64,000 nt of DNA, taken from contig JAXLNO010000556.1 in NCBI GenBank assembly GCA_038087875.1, positions 1 to 64,000 on the forward strand, written 5' to 3'. The notes beneath the pieces were generated by a model. The model saw only the letters and a list, made by a program, of their open reading frames with translations, did not search any database and was not told the DNA's origin. The stretch is from Malacoraja senta (lineage: Eukaryota). Shown here one piece after another: positions 1 to 11,824 of this stretch; the first letter of the stretch is position 1; each line of letters opens with the position of its first letter. Made by a program: the position numbers and the translations under genes.

Positions 1-49
<49 letters not shown>

Positions 50-779
50 AGAGAAAGACACAGAGAGAGAGGGAGATAGGGACTGGGTGAGAGAGAGAGA
101 AAGAGAAAGAGAAAGGGGGAGATGGAGAGTCAGGGTGAGAGAAAGAGAGAGAAAAAGTGGTGAGAGAGAGTTAGAGAGAGAGGTGCGGATAGAGAGTACG
201 GGATAGAGAGAGAGAGGGGGAGAGAGAGAAAGAGGGAGAGAGAGGGAGAGGGGGAGAGAGAGAGAGGGGGGATCAGAGAGAGAGAGGGAGAGAGAGATAG
301 AGAGAGATAGAGAGGGAGAGAGAGATAGAGAGAGAGAGGGGGGTAAGAGAGATAGAGATGGGTGAGAGAGAGAGGGAGGGAGAGAGAGAGAGACAGAGAG
401 AGAGAGGGGGAGAGAGGGAGAGAGAGTGAGCGGAGAGAGAAGGGGGCGAGAGAGAAGGCGAGAGAGAGGAGAGAGAGAGGGAGATAGAGGCGAGAGAGAG
501 AGAGAGAGAGGGAGAGAGATGGAGAGGGAGAGAGGAGGAGAGAGAGAGGGGAGAGAGAGATAGAGGGAGAGGGAGAGAGATAGAGAGAGAAAGCCAGAGT
601 GAGAGAGAGAGAAAGAGATAGAGAGAGAGGGAGAGGGAGAGACATGGTGAGAGAGAAAGGAGGAGAGAGATGGAGTGAGAGAAAGTGTGGGAGAGAGAGA
701 GAGACAGAGAGAGAGAGCGAGAGAGAGAGTGGGTGAAAGAGAAAGAGAGAGAGAGAGAGACAGAGAGAGATAAGCTAGT

Positions 780-820
<41 letters not shown>

Positions 821-1084
821 GAGAGAGAGAGAGAGAGAGGGGGGTGAGAGAGAGATAGATGGATAGACAGAAAGAGAGAGCAAAATAGAGAGGGAGTGGG
901 AGAGGGAGAGAGAGAGAAAGGCAGAGCGAGAGAGACAGGGAAAGAGAGAGAGACAGTGAGGGAGAAAGAGATAGGGGAGACTGGGAGAGATAGAGAGAGA
1001 CAGAAAGAGGGAGTTGAGAGAGAGAGATAGATAGGGCCTGGGAGAGGGGGTGATAGAGAGAGAAAGAGACAGAAAGAGAGTGGG

Positions 1085-1148
<64 letters not shown>

Positions 1149-1503
1149 GGGGATTTGAGAATGGGTGAGAGAGTGCTGGGTGAAAGAGAGGGCGAGCAAG
1201 GGGTGGAGAGGGAGAGAGTGAGTATGAAAGAGAGAGAGAGAAAGAGGGAGACTGGGTGAGACAGAGAGAGAGAGAGATAGAGAGGATGAGAGAGAGAGAA
1301 AGAGAGAGAGAGGGTGAGAGAGAGATAGAGAGAGAGAGAGAGGGAGATATATAGAGAGAGAGGGAATGGGAGAGAGAGTGAGTGAGAGAGAGAAAGATAG
1401 AGATAGCGAGAGAGAGAGGGAGGGAAAGAGAGAGAACAGAGAGAGATACAGAGAAATAGAGGAGAGGGAGACAGTGAGAGAGGGAGAGAGAGAGGGGGTG
1501 AAA
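1..1503. repeat. Imperfect (GA)n polypurine microsatellite
   Basis: Almost pure G/A with long (GA)n runs; the overlapping S/L-rich ORFs are repeat artefacts. Confidence 0.97.
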
Positions 1504-1508
1504 GAGAC

Positions 1509-2043
1509 TGTGACCCGCTCCCCCTCCTGGTCAATGTTGTGTGTTAACCTCTGTTTCATTCCCGAGTGCAGGCTGGAAGGCTCCTGTACCCGATTGGCCA
1601 GGCTGCGTCAGGTGACGGCTGACTCAACAATAGTATAAATGGAAGATTTCCCTGAGTTCTGTCTTTTTCGGTGACGACCCGGCGTCGAGAGGTTGTGCTG
1701 GTGTGAGCTGTGAAATACCCGGCCACATGGCATGGAACTTCGTGTAATCCCAATTTTACGTTGTACCAAATAGTGACTTTGGGCTGTCCTTAGACGTTAT
1801 CGGTCTTTTGTTTTCAGGGATAGCTTTATTAGGCAGGTTTAGAGCCTCGGGTCCGACGGTCCATCGAGTGACTGGCCTGAGCACCTTTAAGTTGTTTATT
1901 AATCAATTCATCCTTGTCTGGGTTGTTGGGAGCAGGTTTGGGTTTTGGGCTGTAATCAATTATTAAACTTTTTATGAACGTAAACGTGGCTTTTGAACTG
2001 TGTTACGCGGCTCTGGATTGCCTGCTTTCGTGGAGTCGTAACA
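1509..2043 (+). mobile_element. Solo LTR (535 bp) with 5-bp target-site duplication
   Basis: Begins TGTGAC and ends GTAACA (TG...CA, imperfect inverted ends). GAGAC flanks it on both sides (1504-1508, 2044-2048). TATAAAT at 1634 and ATTAAA at 1962 suggest + orientation. Confidence 0.8.
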
Positions 2044-2048
2044 GAGAC

Positions 2049-2648
2049 CCACTCTCTGTCTCTCTCCCTCTGCCCCATCTTTCTCAACCCTTCCTCTCCC
2101 CTCTCTCTCTCTCCCCCTCTCTCTCTTTCTCTCACCCCTCTCACTCTCTCTATCCCTCTCTCTCCTCCTTCTCTCTCACTCTCGCTCTCACTCTCTCTCC
2201 CTCTCTCTCTCCCTCTCTCTTTCCCACTCACTCTCTCTCTCCCTCTCTCTCCCCCTCTCTCTCTCTCTCTCTCCCTCACTCCTCCCTCTCTCTCCCTCTC
2301 CCTCACTCCCCCCTCTCTCTCTGCCTCTCTCTCTCCCTCTCTCTCTCTCTCTCCTCATTCTCTCTCTCTCTCTGTGTCTCTCCTCCTCTTTCCCTCTATC
2401 TCCCTCTCTCTATTTGTGTTTCTCCGTCCCTCTTCCTCCCCCTCTCTCTTTCCCTCTCTCTCCCTCTCTCTTTGTGTTTCTCTCTCCCCCTCTCTCTCAC
2501 CCTCTCTCTCTCCCTCCCTCTCCCTCTCTCTCTCCTCATTCTCTCTCTCTCTGTGTCCCCCCCCTCTCCCCCTCTCTCTCTCCCTCTCTCCCTCTCCCTC
2601 TCTCTCTCTCTCCCTCTCTCCCTTTCCCTCTCTCTCTCTCTCCCTCTC
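2049..2648. repeat. Imperfect (CT)n polypyrimidine microsatellite
   Basis: Almost pure C/T tract. Confidence 0.97.
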
Positions 2649-4708
2649 TGTAAATCACATCAAAGCATGTACGATTTACACACATCTTTAATCAGCACAT
2701 TAACTTGGCAGCATTACAAAACGAGGTGTTGTCAGTTCATCCTAGCTGCTTCAACTAACGGTGCTGGGAATGGGCGTTTGTATTAATGTTATAATGGGGT
2801 GGAGTTAGTGATGCTGGCTAAGTGTGATTGATTCACATGCATCATCAATCTACATCCTTCCCCCTAAAGATTAAATGTGGAAAGGAAGTGTATTAAACAT
2901 ACTGGCCATACCTGTCTGGTGGTCTACTAACACGGCCCGAGTGCGTGCGGACCCAACCATCCCCTCCCTCCACTGAAGGATTAGGCAGAGAGGCTGAAGG
3001 TGAAAATCGCACGGGAGAGGATTGTGGTGACCGAGGGGAGAAACATGCGGTGGGGGACGGGCGGGAAACATTGCGGAAGGCGGCTGGAACTGGAGCGGCG
3101 GAGCATAGGGATCAGCAGGCGGTGGTCGGGGCTCCTTCACAGCAAGCAGGTGTTGTTGACTTCTCCGGTAAACCGCTCCCTCACAGTCCACAAGGTACGA
3201 TCGCGGCTCATCAGTCGGGCGCACAACAACGCCCAGGACGAGAATGACCAGTTGGAGTTCGCAGACGGACGACCTGGCCCGGCAGTGGAGGCTGGAGTTG
3301 TCTGCTGGAGCTGTCGTATGACCGTTTCTGGGTATCGTGCTTCTCTTGGAGACGTTGCTGGATAGTGGCGGGCTTCAACACCCGAGGAACCACCTGCTGT
3401 TGTGCGATGGGGACCGGAGACCTCGTCACCCTCGACAGCAGCCGCTGTGCTGGTGACCCCAAGGTTCCGTCTCTTGCGATGTTTCTGAGATTCAGTAGAT
3501 CGAGATAGACGTCAGACTTTGAAATGCGCGCTCCCTCCAGCGAGTGCTTGGCGCTCCTGACAGCGCGTTCAGCGAGTCCATTACTCTGTGGATACTCGGG
3601 ACAACTTGTGACGTGCTGGAAGTTCCATCGGTCAGCGAAAAGCTTGAACGAGTGGCTAGTGAACTGTGGACCATTGTCGGTTCTCAGAATAACAGGAATG
3701 CCATGGTCTGAGAAATGTCTTTTCAGCTTCCTGATGACCATCACCGACGTGAGGGAGGTAAGTTGGTCAAGTTCAAACCAGTTGGCGTACGAGTCGACCA
3801 GAACGAGGTAGTGCTTACCGCACCATTCGAAAATGTCCGCAGCCAGCGACGACCAACGCAGTGCTGGTGGAGGTTGTTGCAGAAGGGGTTGCCGCTGCTG
3901 ATGAGGCGCAAGATTGTTGCAAGTGGGTCAGGAGGCTATGCGGTCCCGGATGTACGTGGCCATTCCCGGCCAGTAGAACAGACCTCGGGCGCGTACCAGT
4001 GTGGAGCCGGCTCCTGGGTGACCGCTATGTACCTCTTTGAAGTATTCGTCTTGTAGTGATGAAGGTATCATTACCTTTTCACCCTTTAACGACCACACCA
4101 TCCTGAACCACCAGTTCATCACGGACCAAGAAGTACGGCTGCACCTCTGTGGGCGTGTCGGATTGTTTGACTGGCCAGCCTGTTTTGATGATGGATGAGA
4201 GGGCTTGAAGCGTATCATCATTGGCAGTGTGCGCGGCCAGGATGCGCAGTTGCTTACTGGAGATGAGATCGACACCGAGAACCGTGAAATTCTCCCGTTC
4301 ATGGGGTGTTGTTCGCAAGATGATCGAGGTGCACGTGAGAGTGTGTCAGCGACATGCATGTCCCTGCCCTTTGTGTAGGTAATAGAGAAGTCGTACCGCC
4401 GCAGCTGCATCATCATTCGCTGCAACCGAGCTGGCACGGCATGGATAGGCTTGTTCAGGATTGTCACCAGTGGTTGGTGGTCCGTCTCGACCGTGAACGT
4501 GTTGCCATGGACGAAGTCGTGGAATTTGGAGCAGGCAAAGACGACAGCCAGCAGTTCCTCTTCGATTTGCGCGTAGTGCTGCTCCGTGTCGGTCATTGTG
4601 CGAGAGGCATATGCGACAGGTAGTAGGGTGCCATCGTCAGATGGTTGCAAGCAGGCTGCGCCGAGCCCGAATTTCGAGGCATCGCAGGTGATCGCCACCG
4701 GACGTTTC
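2649..4708 (-). mobile_element. Gypsy-1: 5'-truncated Ty3/Gypsy LTR retrotransposon (RNase H, integrase, PPT, 3' LTR), frameshifted
   Basis: RNase H TCDAS...EEELLAV...ETDHQPL (3928-4698); integrase RTDNGPQF...SNGLAERAV (3211-3744); Pro-rich tail; PPT AGGGGGAAGGA (2855-2865, minus); 206-bp LTR 2649-2854 starting TGTAGAT on the minus strand. Confidence 0.92.
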
Positions 4709-4727
4709 CCGTTCTTGCCTCACGTTA

Positions 4728-5045
4728 CCCACATTATACTGCATCTGCCATGCATCTGCCCACTCACCCAACCTATCCAAGTCTCCCTGCATCCCCATAG
4801 CATCATCTACACAGTTCACCCTTCCATCCAGCTTTCTGCTCATTTTCTCGTGTTATTTTTAATTCCTTCATCTAAATCATTAATGTATATTGTAAATAGC
4901 TGTGGTCCAATTTTCTATCCATGTCAATACCCATCCCCAATACCATGTGCTACAATTTTACACACTAATCTCCTGCGTGGACCTTAACAAATGCTTTCTG
5001 AATGTCCAGGTACACTACATCCACTGGTTCGCCCTTGTCCATTTC
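4728..5045 (-). mobile_element. CR1 LINE RT fragment with internal deletions
   Basis: MQGDLDRLGEWADAWQMQYNV and GEPVDVVYLD-like sequence shared with other CR1 copies in the window. Confidence 0.85.
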
Positions 5046-5489
5046 ACTTGTTGCATCCTGAAAATTGATAATGCAATGTTTCTGCAACCTATGATACATT
5101 CCGCTGGTTTCATGGTGTTGTAAACAATGCAGATGACAGCTGCTTTAGGTTTTAGCTTCAGGTTTAGGGATATTTCTGGCACATGTACCGATGTACAGTG
5201 AGAAAACATTGTTCTGCATGCTATCCAAACAGTTTACATGTATCATATATAGATATTATAGGTTCACACGCGTTGATACGGGGCACTAGAATTAGCTGCC
5301 AAAAGAGATAGCTGAGGGAGAAACTAAACATCATCTAATATACATTTGACCAAACACAAATAGGAAGTGGCACGCGCCAAAACAGCAGGTGGGACATGTT
5401 GATGGTGTACATTGATTAACGTTGGCAGGCTGGGCTGAAGGACCTGTTCCTGCGTTGTGTGACTCATGACAATAGATAGAGCAAAGCGG

Positions 5490-5950
5490 TAAATCGAGAG
5501 GGCAGAATACATTTGTCAGCATTGTAGCGCTATTTTATACAGCAGTACCTCAGACAAAGTTCAATGTCCATAATGGGCTAGAGGTGATTGAATAGTGCCC
5601 TAGCCTATGGAGGGACCGTTCATATTCCCGATAACGGAGGAAATGAACCAATTCCTAAGTCTTGTGATGCGCGCTTACAAACATCTCTACCTGTTGCCGG
5701 ATAGGCGGAGGGGAAAGAAAAAACTGACCGGGATTTGCCAAGTCTTTGATTTTGTTGAGTGTTTGGATAATGTTATGCAGGGTGAAGTGCAGATGAAGAC
5801 TATGATTGGTCTGGGCTCTGTGATGTACTGGGCCATATTTACAACCCTCTGCAATATCTCGCGGTCTTGGCATAGTTGTTCCCAAAACAAGCTGCCATGC
5901 AACGTGACAATAAGCTTTTTACCATATTTTTGCAAGAGTAACGTGAGACA
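5490..5950 (-). mobile_element. Degraded Rex/Babar-type LINE 3' end
   Basis: LQRVVNMAQYIT-like C-terminal motif plus 3'UTR resembling other copies in the window. Confidence 0.6.
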
Positions 5951-6381
5951 TGTATTTTTATTTTCATTTGTGGCCTTTCTTGGGTGTGCAATCAATGTGA
6001 TTGCACCACGTCAGAGTGGCAATATAGACAGGGACCTGAAGGAAATACTTTGCACTCCGACGGTGCTGGGTATATGAAACAATCTGTCTGAGGAGTTAGT
6101 TGAGAAGTGTTTTGCAGCAAGAATGTTTGGAAATATCGGTGCCGATTCAACAGTAGTAAGAAATAGATAGTTAGGTGTTGTAGATTGGCTATAGCATGTT
6201 AGCCAATTAGAATGCCTAATAATTGTAACCCCGCCTAATTATAGCATTCATAGTGTAAGATCCTACCCACTGCCTACCAGTACCAGTAGCAGTGTGAACG
6301 TGTGATGACCTGCTTAGTAGTTGATGACCTGAACAATAAAGATGCTTGTGTTTCAACCTGTGTGAGTCTGAGCTCTTCACA

Positions 6382-6392
6382 TGGTGTCAGAA
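6382..6392 (+). promoter_or_regulatory. Primer-binding site, probably tRNA-Leu
   Basis: TGGTGTCAGAA lies directly after the LTR CA. It is complementary to a ...TTCTGACACCA tRNA 3' end, which I recall as vertebrate tRNA-Leu (from memory, not searched). Confidence 0.7.
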
Positions 6393-6477
6393 AATCGTGT
6401 CTACCCCGCGTCTGTTTACCGCGATTTATTTTGTTTAACAGTTTTTATTTGTGAGTTTTGGATTTGATTTTGAGAAC

Positions 6478-9400
6478 ATGGCTAACTCTTGTCGAAAGCC
6501 TAGCCCGCTCGTGTTTGATTCCGATATTGCCGAGCGATGGCGAATGTTTGAGAAGCACTAATCTCATTATATCCGCATCGTTCACCGAAACGACCCGGAC
6601 GATTTGAAAGCATCTCTACTATTGAATTTAGCAGGTCCGGAAGCTATGATCCGCGCTGACTCATTTGAATTTTCACGAGCTCAACTAGACGGGAATGGTC
6701 TGTTAGTGGTACCGGCTGAATCTATTGACTACTCGATGGTTTTGCTGAGGAAATTTAGAGAACTGTGCGACCTGCCGTCTAACAGAATCCTCTGGAGAAC
6801 AATATTTTTTTGCTCGAATGCAACAGGCTGATGAGCCTGTAGAACGATTTTCAGCGACTTGAGACATATCAGCTCTCGATGCAGATTTGGGTGAGTTGAC
6901 AAATTTGTTAGTTCGTGATAAAATTGTGGGAGGAATGAGCGACCGCAAGCTACGAGCCGAACTGCTGCGGAACGATGAACTGACTTTGGAGTAAGCGATT
7001 CTTGCTTGTCGAATGGCTGGGACTGTAGCACCATTTGTTGATTTTGATAGTGTGAATGCTGATCAACAACTTAATGTGAATCTGGCTAGCTATTCTCCAC
7101 AACGATTTCTCAATGCGTCCCGCAATGATCAGAATGTGCCTTCCACGAGGTGCACTAACTGCAACTATTTCCACCCCAGGGGCGCAAATTTTGCGTAGCC
7201 CATGGGAAAGTATGTCATAATTGCAAGAAACTCAACCACTTTGCTAATTGTTGTCGATCCAGTGGGAGTACAGCTTCAAGGACGAAGCTGCACTGATTCA
7301 ACAAGACCCGTCCGATTCCGATTACCATGAACAGGACGAATCTTTCCAAGGGAACGACTCTGATAACACAGTCACTGAGTCTACCGTACTTTCCCTAAAC
7401 ATGCGCACCCCAGGCAAAGTGACTGATCCTGCGTTGACCATGATAATCAATAACAAACCTCTTAATCGCCAATCTCGATACCGGCGCCAGAGTAAACGTC
7501 ATGTCACTCAAAGAGTTCAACAAGATAAGAACCACTGAGCACCTGAAAAAAGACTCATCCACTTCACATGCTTACGGAGGGGAAATTCTTCACCCGCTGG
7601 GTAAAGCTGATCTCAAATGTACCATCAATGAAAAGACCAATAACGTACAATTTTACATTGTCCAACCAAGTTCTGAAACCCTGCTAGGCATCGATGCGTG
7701 CCGTGACTTGGGTTTAGTCTATTTCGGGCGTGCTGTCCACAAACTCTGTCTCACAGAGGGACCAACAAAACAGGTACAATCCAAATATAAAGACTTGTTT
7801 GACGACAAACTCGGCAAACTACCGACAATATACAAGATCATTGTTGACCATACGGTCACCCCGATCGTACATGCTCCTCACCGCGTCCCGCATGGCATGC
7901 TTGAGAAACTAAACGATGAACTAAAACGTATGATCTCTATCGGAGTAATTGCTGACGTCATGCGAACCCTCCGACTGGGTCTCCACCATGGTCGTCACCA
8001 CAAAGAAAGATAAGAAGGAGTTACGCATCTGCATCAATCATAAAGATTTGAACACAGCAATCAAACGCCAACACTATCCAATGAGAACCACCGAGGACGT
8101 AGCGGCACAAATCGGTAACGCAACGTTGTTCTCAGTCCTGGATGCCAAAAGTTCTTTCTCGCAAATCCCGATAGACCGTGCCTCATCGGCGTTAACAACT
8201 TTCCCCACCCCGTTTGGCCGATACCGATTCCGAAGAATGCACTTCGGTATCAACTCTGCTAGCGAAGTCTTCCAACGGGCAATGGAACAACTGTTCGCAG
8301 AATTTCCTTGTGCCATCATTGTTGACGACATCCTAGTTTACGGCCGAGACACGACCGAGCATGATGCCAACCTACGCAAGGTGCTGAACCGTGCCAAATA
8401 CATTAATCTAAAACTGAACCCTCTGAAGTGCAAGTTCAAAGTTCCCGAAGTCACCTACGTAGGTCACGTGTTCACTAGCAAAGGACTAAAACCTGACCCG
8501 CTGAAGACTGCAGCAATCAACGAGCTGCCAGTACCTACTGACGTCACCAGCCTACAACGGGTTTTAGGCATGGTTAACTACCTGGGAAAGTTCATTCCCA
8601 ATCTCAGCGAATTGTCAGCCCCTCTGCGTCAACTGACCCACAAGGACAACACCTGGTACTGGTACCCAAACCACCAGCGAGCCTTCGAGACTTTAAAACT
8701 ACAGCTCGCTGGAGCACCCACCCTCTCTTACTTCAACATCAATCTGTCAGTCACAATCACCTGCGATGCATCCCAGTATGGACTTGGCGCAGCATTCTGC
8801 AAAATTCCTTCAACGGTGACGTGACGCCCATATCCTACACTTCGCGCACCCATACGGACACTGAACAACGCTATGCTCAGATAGAGAAGGAACTGCTTGC
8901 CGTGGTTTTCGCCTGCTCTAAATTTAAATACTTTATTTTTGGTAAGACCTTCTCGGTGGAGACTGACCATCAACCACTAATCACTATCCTGAGAAAGCCG
9001 ATCCGTGGTGCCCCAGCCAGACTTCAACGCATGATGATGCAGCTACAACGGTTTGACTTTCGCATCGTCTACAAAAAAGGTAAAGACTTTCACATCGCAG
9101 ACACTCTATCTAGAGCTCCACGCACCACTACCGAACTACACCCATTCGAACAAGACGAATTCTCCATCCTGAAAGCTTCGTTTGTTCCAACTGACCGCCT
9201 GCGCCGCCTGCGCCGCCTCGCCGAACACACCGCTGCAGATAAAACCTCCCAGCTGCTAACTTCAATCATCAATGGCGGGAGGCCAAACAAACAGTCTAAC
9301 ATTCCTTTTGAACTACGACCCTATTTCCTGGTACGTGACGAACCAGTACTACAGGATGGAGCGACAGTCAAGGGTCACAAGACGGTAATCCCCTCATCCC

Positions 9401-10029
9401 TGCGAAGCGAGTACTATGAGGAAATCCACGGTGGTCACCCGGGCGTGGAGGCCACCCTACATCGTGCGAAATAAATTATCTACTGGCCCGGAATGACCAA
9501 ATACATTCGGGAGAAAACGGAATCATGCACGATATGTAACAGGCAAGCACCGCACCAACAAAAACAGCCTCTGCTGTCTCAACCTGCTCCCTCCCTACCA
9601 TGGTCATCAGTGGCTGCAGATATGGCCCCGCAAAGGAACCACGTTCCTACCTGGTCGATGTCGGTGGTACCATCTATAGACGCAACTGTCAACACCTCCT
9701 TCCTGTGAAGGAACGGCGTCCAGCGCTCCAGGGTCCTGATGCCCCACCGCTCAAGTGTAAAGTGCTCGCTGTTCCAGCCGTTCCAGTACCTGCAGCTGCT
9801 AGTCCATCCACTCCCGCGTCGGTCTGTTCCCTCTTCCCCTTTTGTAACCGGCTCACCGGTACCCCCGCTACAGTCTTCCCCCACGGTGTCTCCCCATAGC
9901 CCTTTGGGCTCACCGAAACGCGCCCTCAACTTTTCGGAGGAAAAGGTTAATGAGGCAGCTCCTTACAGTACGAGGACCGGGCTGGTTAGCAAACAATCTG
10001 TTAGATATGGCGATTATGTTATTAGATAG
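6478..10029 (+). pseudogene. Gypsy-2 gag-pol, fragmented by stops and frameshifts
   Basis: ORF pieces 6604-6831, 7501-8013, 7949-8824, 8821-9474 and 9493-9708 are colinear with the Gypsy-3 polyprotein. Confidence 0.9.
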
Positions 10030-11662
10030 ATGTTATTATTATTAGAAGTGGCGATTTGCATTTAACATTTTATTTACTCATTGTCGTTGTAACGCTTTAC
10101 TTGTTTTTCAATTATACAAGAGGAGATGTAGATTGGCTATACCATGTGAGCCAATTAGAATGCCTAGTAATTATAACCCCGCCTAATTATAGAATTCATA
10201 GTGTAAGACCCTACCCACTGCCTACCAGTACCAGTAGCAGTGTGAACGTGTGACGACCTGCTTAGTAGTTAATGACCTGAACAATATAGATGCTTGTGTT
10301 CCAACCTCATCAATCAAAGATTTTATTGTCATTCAAAAATACACCAACAAATGCAAGTCTGAACGAAATTTCGTTGCATCTGTCTCACCGTGCAACATAA
10401 AATAACAAAAGGATAAATAGATAAAAAGATAAAATAGATAAAAAGATAAAATAGATAATAGTGGCGGCACATTGTATGGAATTTAAGAGTCTGATGGCTC
10501 GGCGGAAGAAGCTGTTGCAAAATCTGGCCCTTCTGCTCCTTACATTACGATACATTCTGCCCAAGGGCAGCAGAGTGAACAGTCCACGATGGAGATGTGT
10601 GGGGTCTTTTATAATGCGGTTGGCCTTGGACAAGCAACGATTGCATGCAATGTCCCGGATTGAAGAAAGAGAAGTCCCGATGATTTTTGCAGTCGTCCTC
10701 GCCGCTCTCTGCACGGACTTCCAGTCGGTGGCTTGCAGTCCCCAAACCAGACAGAGATGCAACTGGTCAAAATGCTCTCTATGGTGCCCCTGTAGAAACT
10801 GGTGAGGACGGGATGGGGGAGTTGAGCTCCCCTCATCCGGCGCAGAAAATGCAACCGCTGCTGCACTCTCTTAACTAATGACGTGATGTTTGTGACCAGG
10901 TCAGACTGTTCGTGATCTGCACCCCCGGGAACTTCGTGCTACTGACCAAATCGACATCGCTGTCATTAATGTGTAGTGGTGTGCGACTGTGCCGGTTTCT
11001 CCTGAAGTCAACGATGACCACCTTTGTTTTGTCAACATTCAGGATCAGATTTGTTCGTGTTTCACCAGTCCACCAGTCGTTTCACCTCCTCCCTTTAAGC
11101 CAGTTCATTGTCATCCCGGATAAGGCCCACCACTAATGTGTCATCTGCGTACTTCATGATGTGGTTTGTACTAAACCTGTACTAAACACAGTCGTGGGTC
11201 ATCAGGGTAAACAGCAGTGGATTCAGGACGCAGCCTTGAGGGGATCCGGAGCTCAGAGAGATGATGTAGGAGGTGTTGTTTCCAACCCCACTGACTGGGG
11301 TCTGTCAGTGAGGAAGTCCAGTAGCCAGTTACACAAGGGGTGCTGAGGCCCAACGAACCCAATTTGCTTACCAAGTGCTGAGGGGTGATTGTATTGAATG
11401 CTGAACTGAGGTCCACGAACAGCATTCACACATGTGTGTTCTTCTCCTCTAGATGTGCCAGCCTCAGGTGGAGTACGGAGGATATGGCGTCCTCTGTGGA
11501 GCGGTTTGGCCTGTAAGGAAACTGGAACGGGACAAGTGTGGAGGGGAGTCTGGAGGTAATATGGTCCCTGACCAGCCTCTCGAAGCACTTCATTATTATG
11601 GGAGTGAGTGCTACAGGGCGGTAATGGGTTGAGACATGTTATTGCGGATTTTTTTGGCACTG

Positions 11663-11731
11663 TCCCACTCACTCTCTCCATCTCTCTCTCCTCTCTCTCT
11701 CTTGCTCTCTCTTCCCTCTCACTCTCTCCAT

Positions 11732-11824
<93 letters not shown>

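Noticed and set aside
130..2786. Long Ser/Leu/Pro- and Arg/Glu-rich ORFs
   Set aside because: They are translations of stop-poor GA/CT microsatellite.
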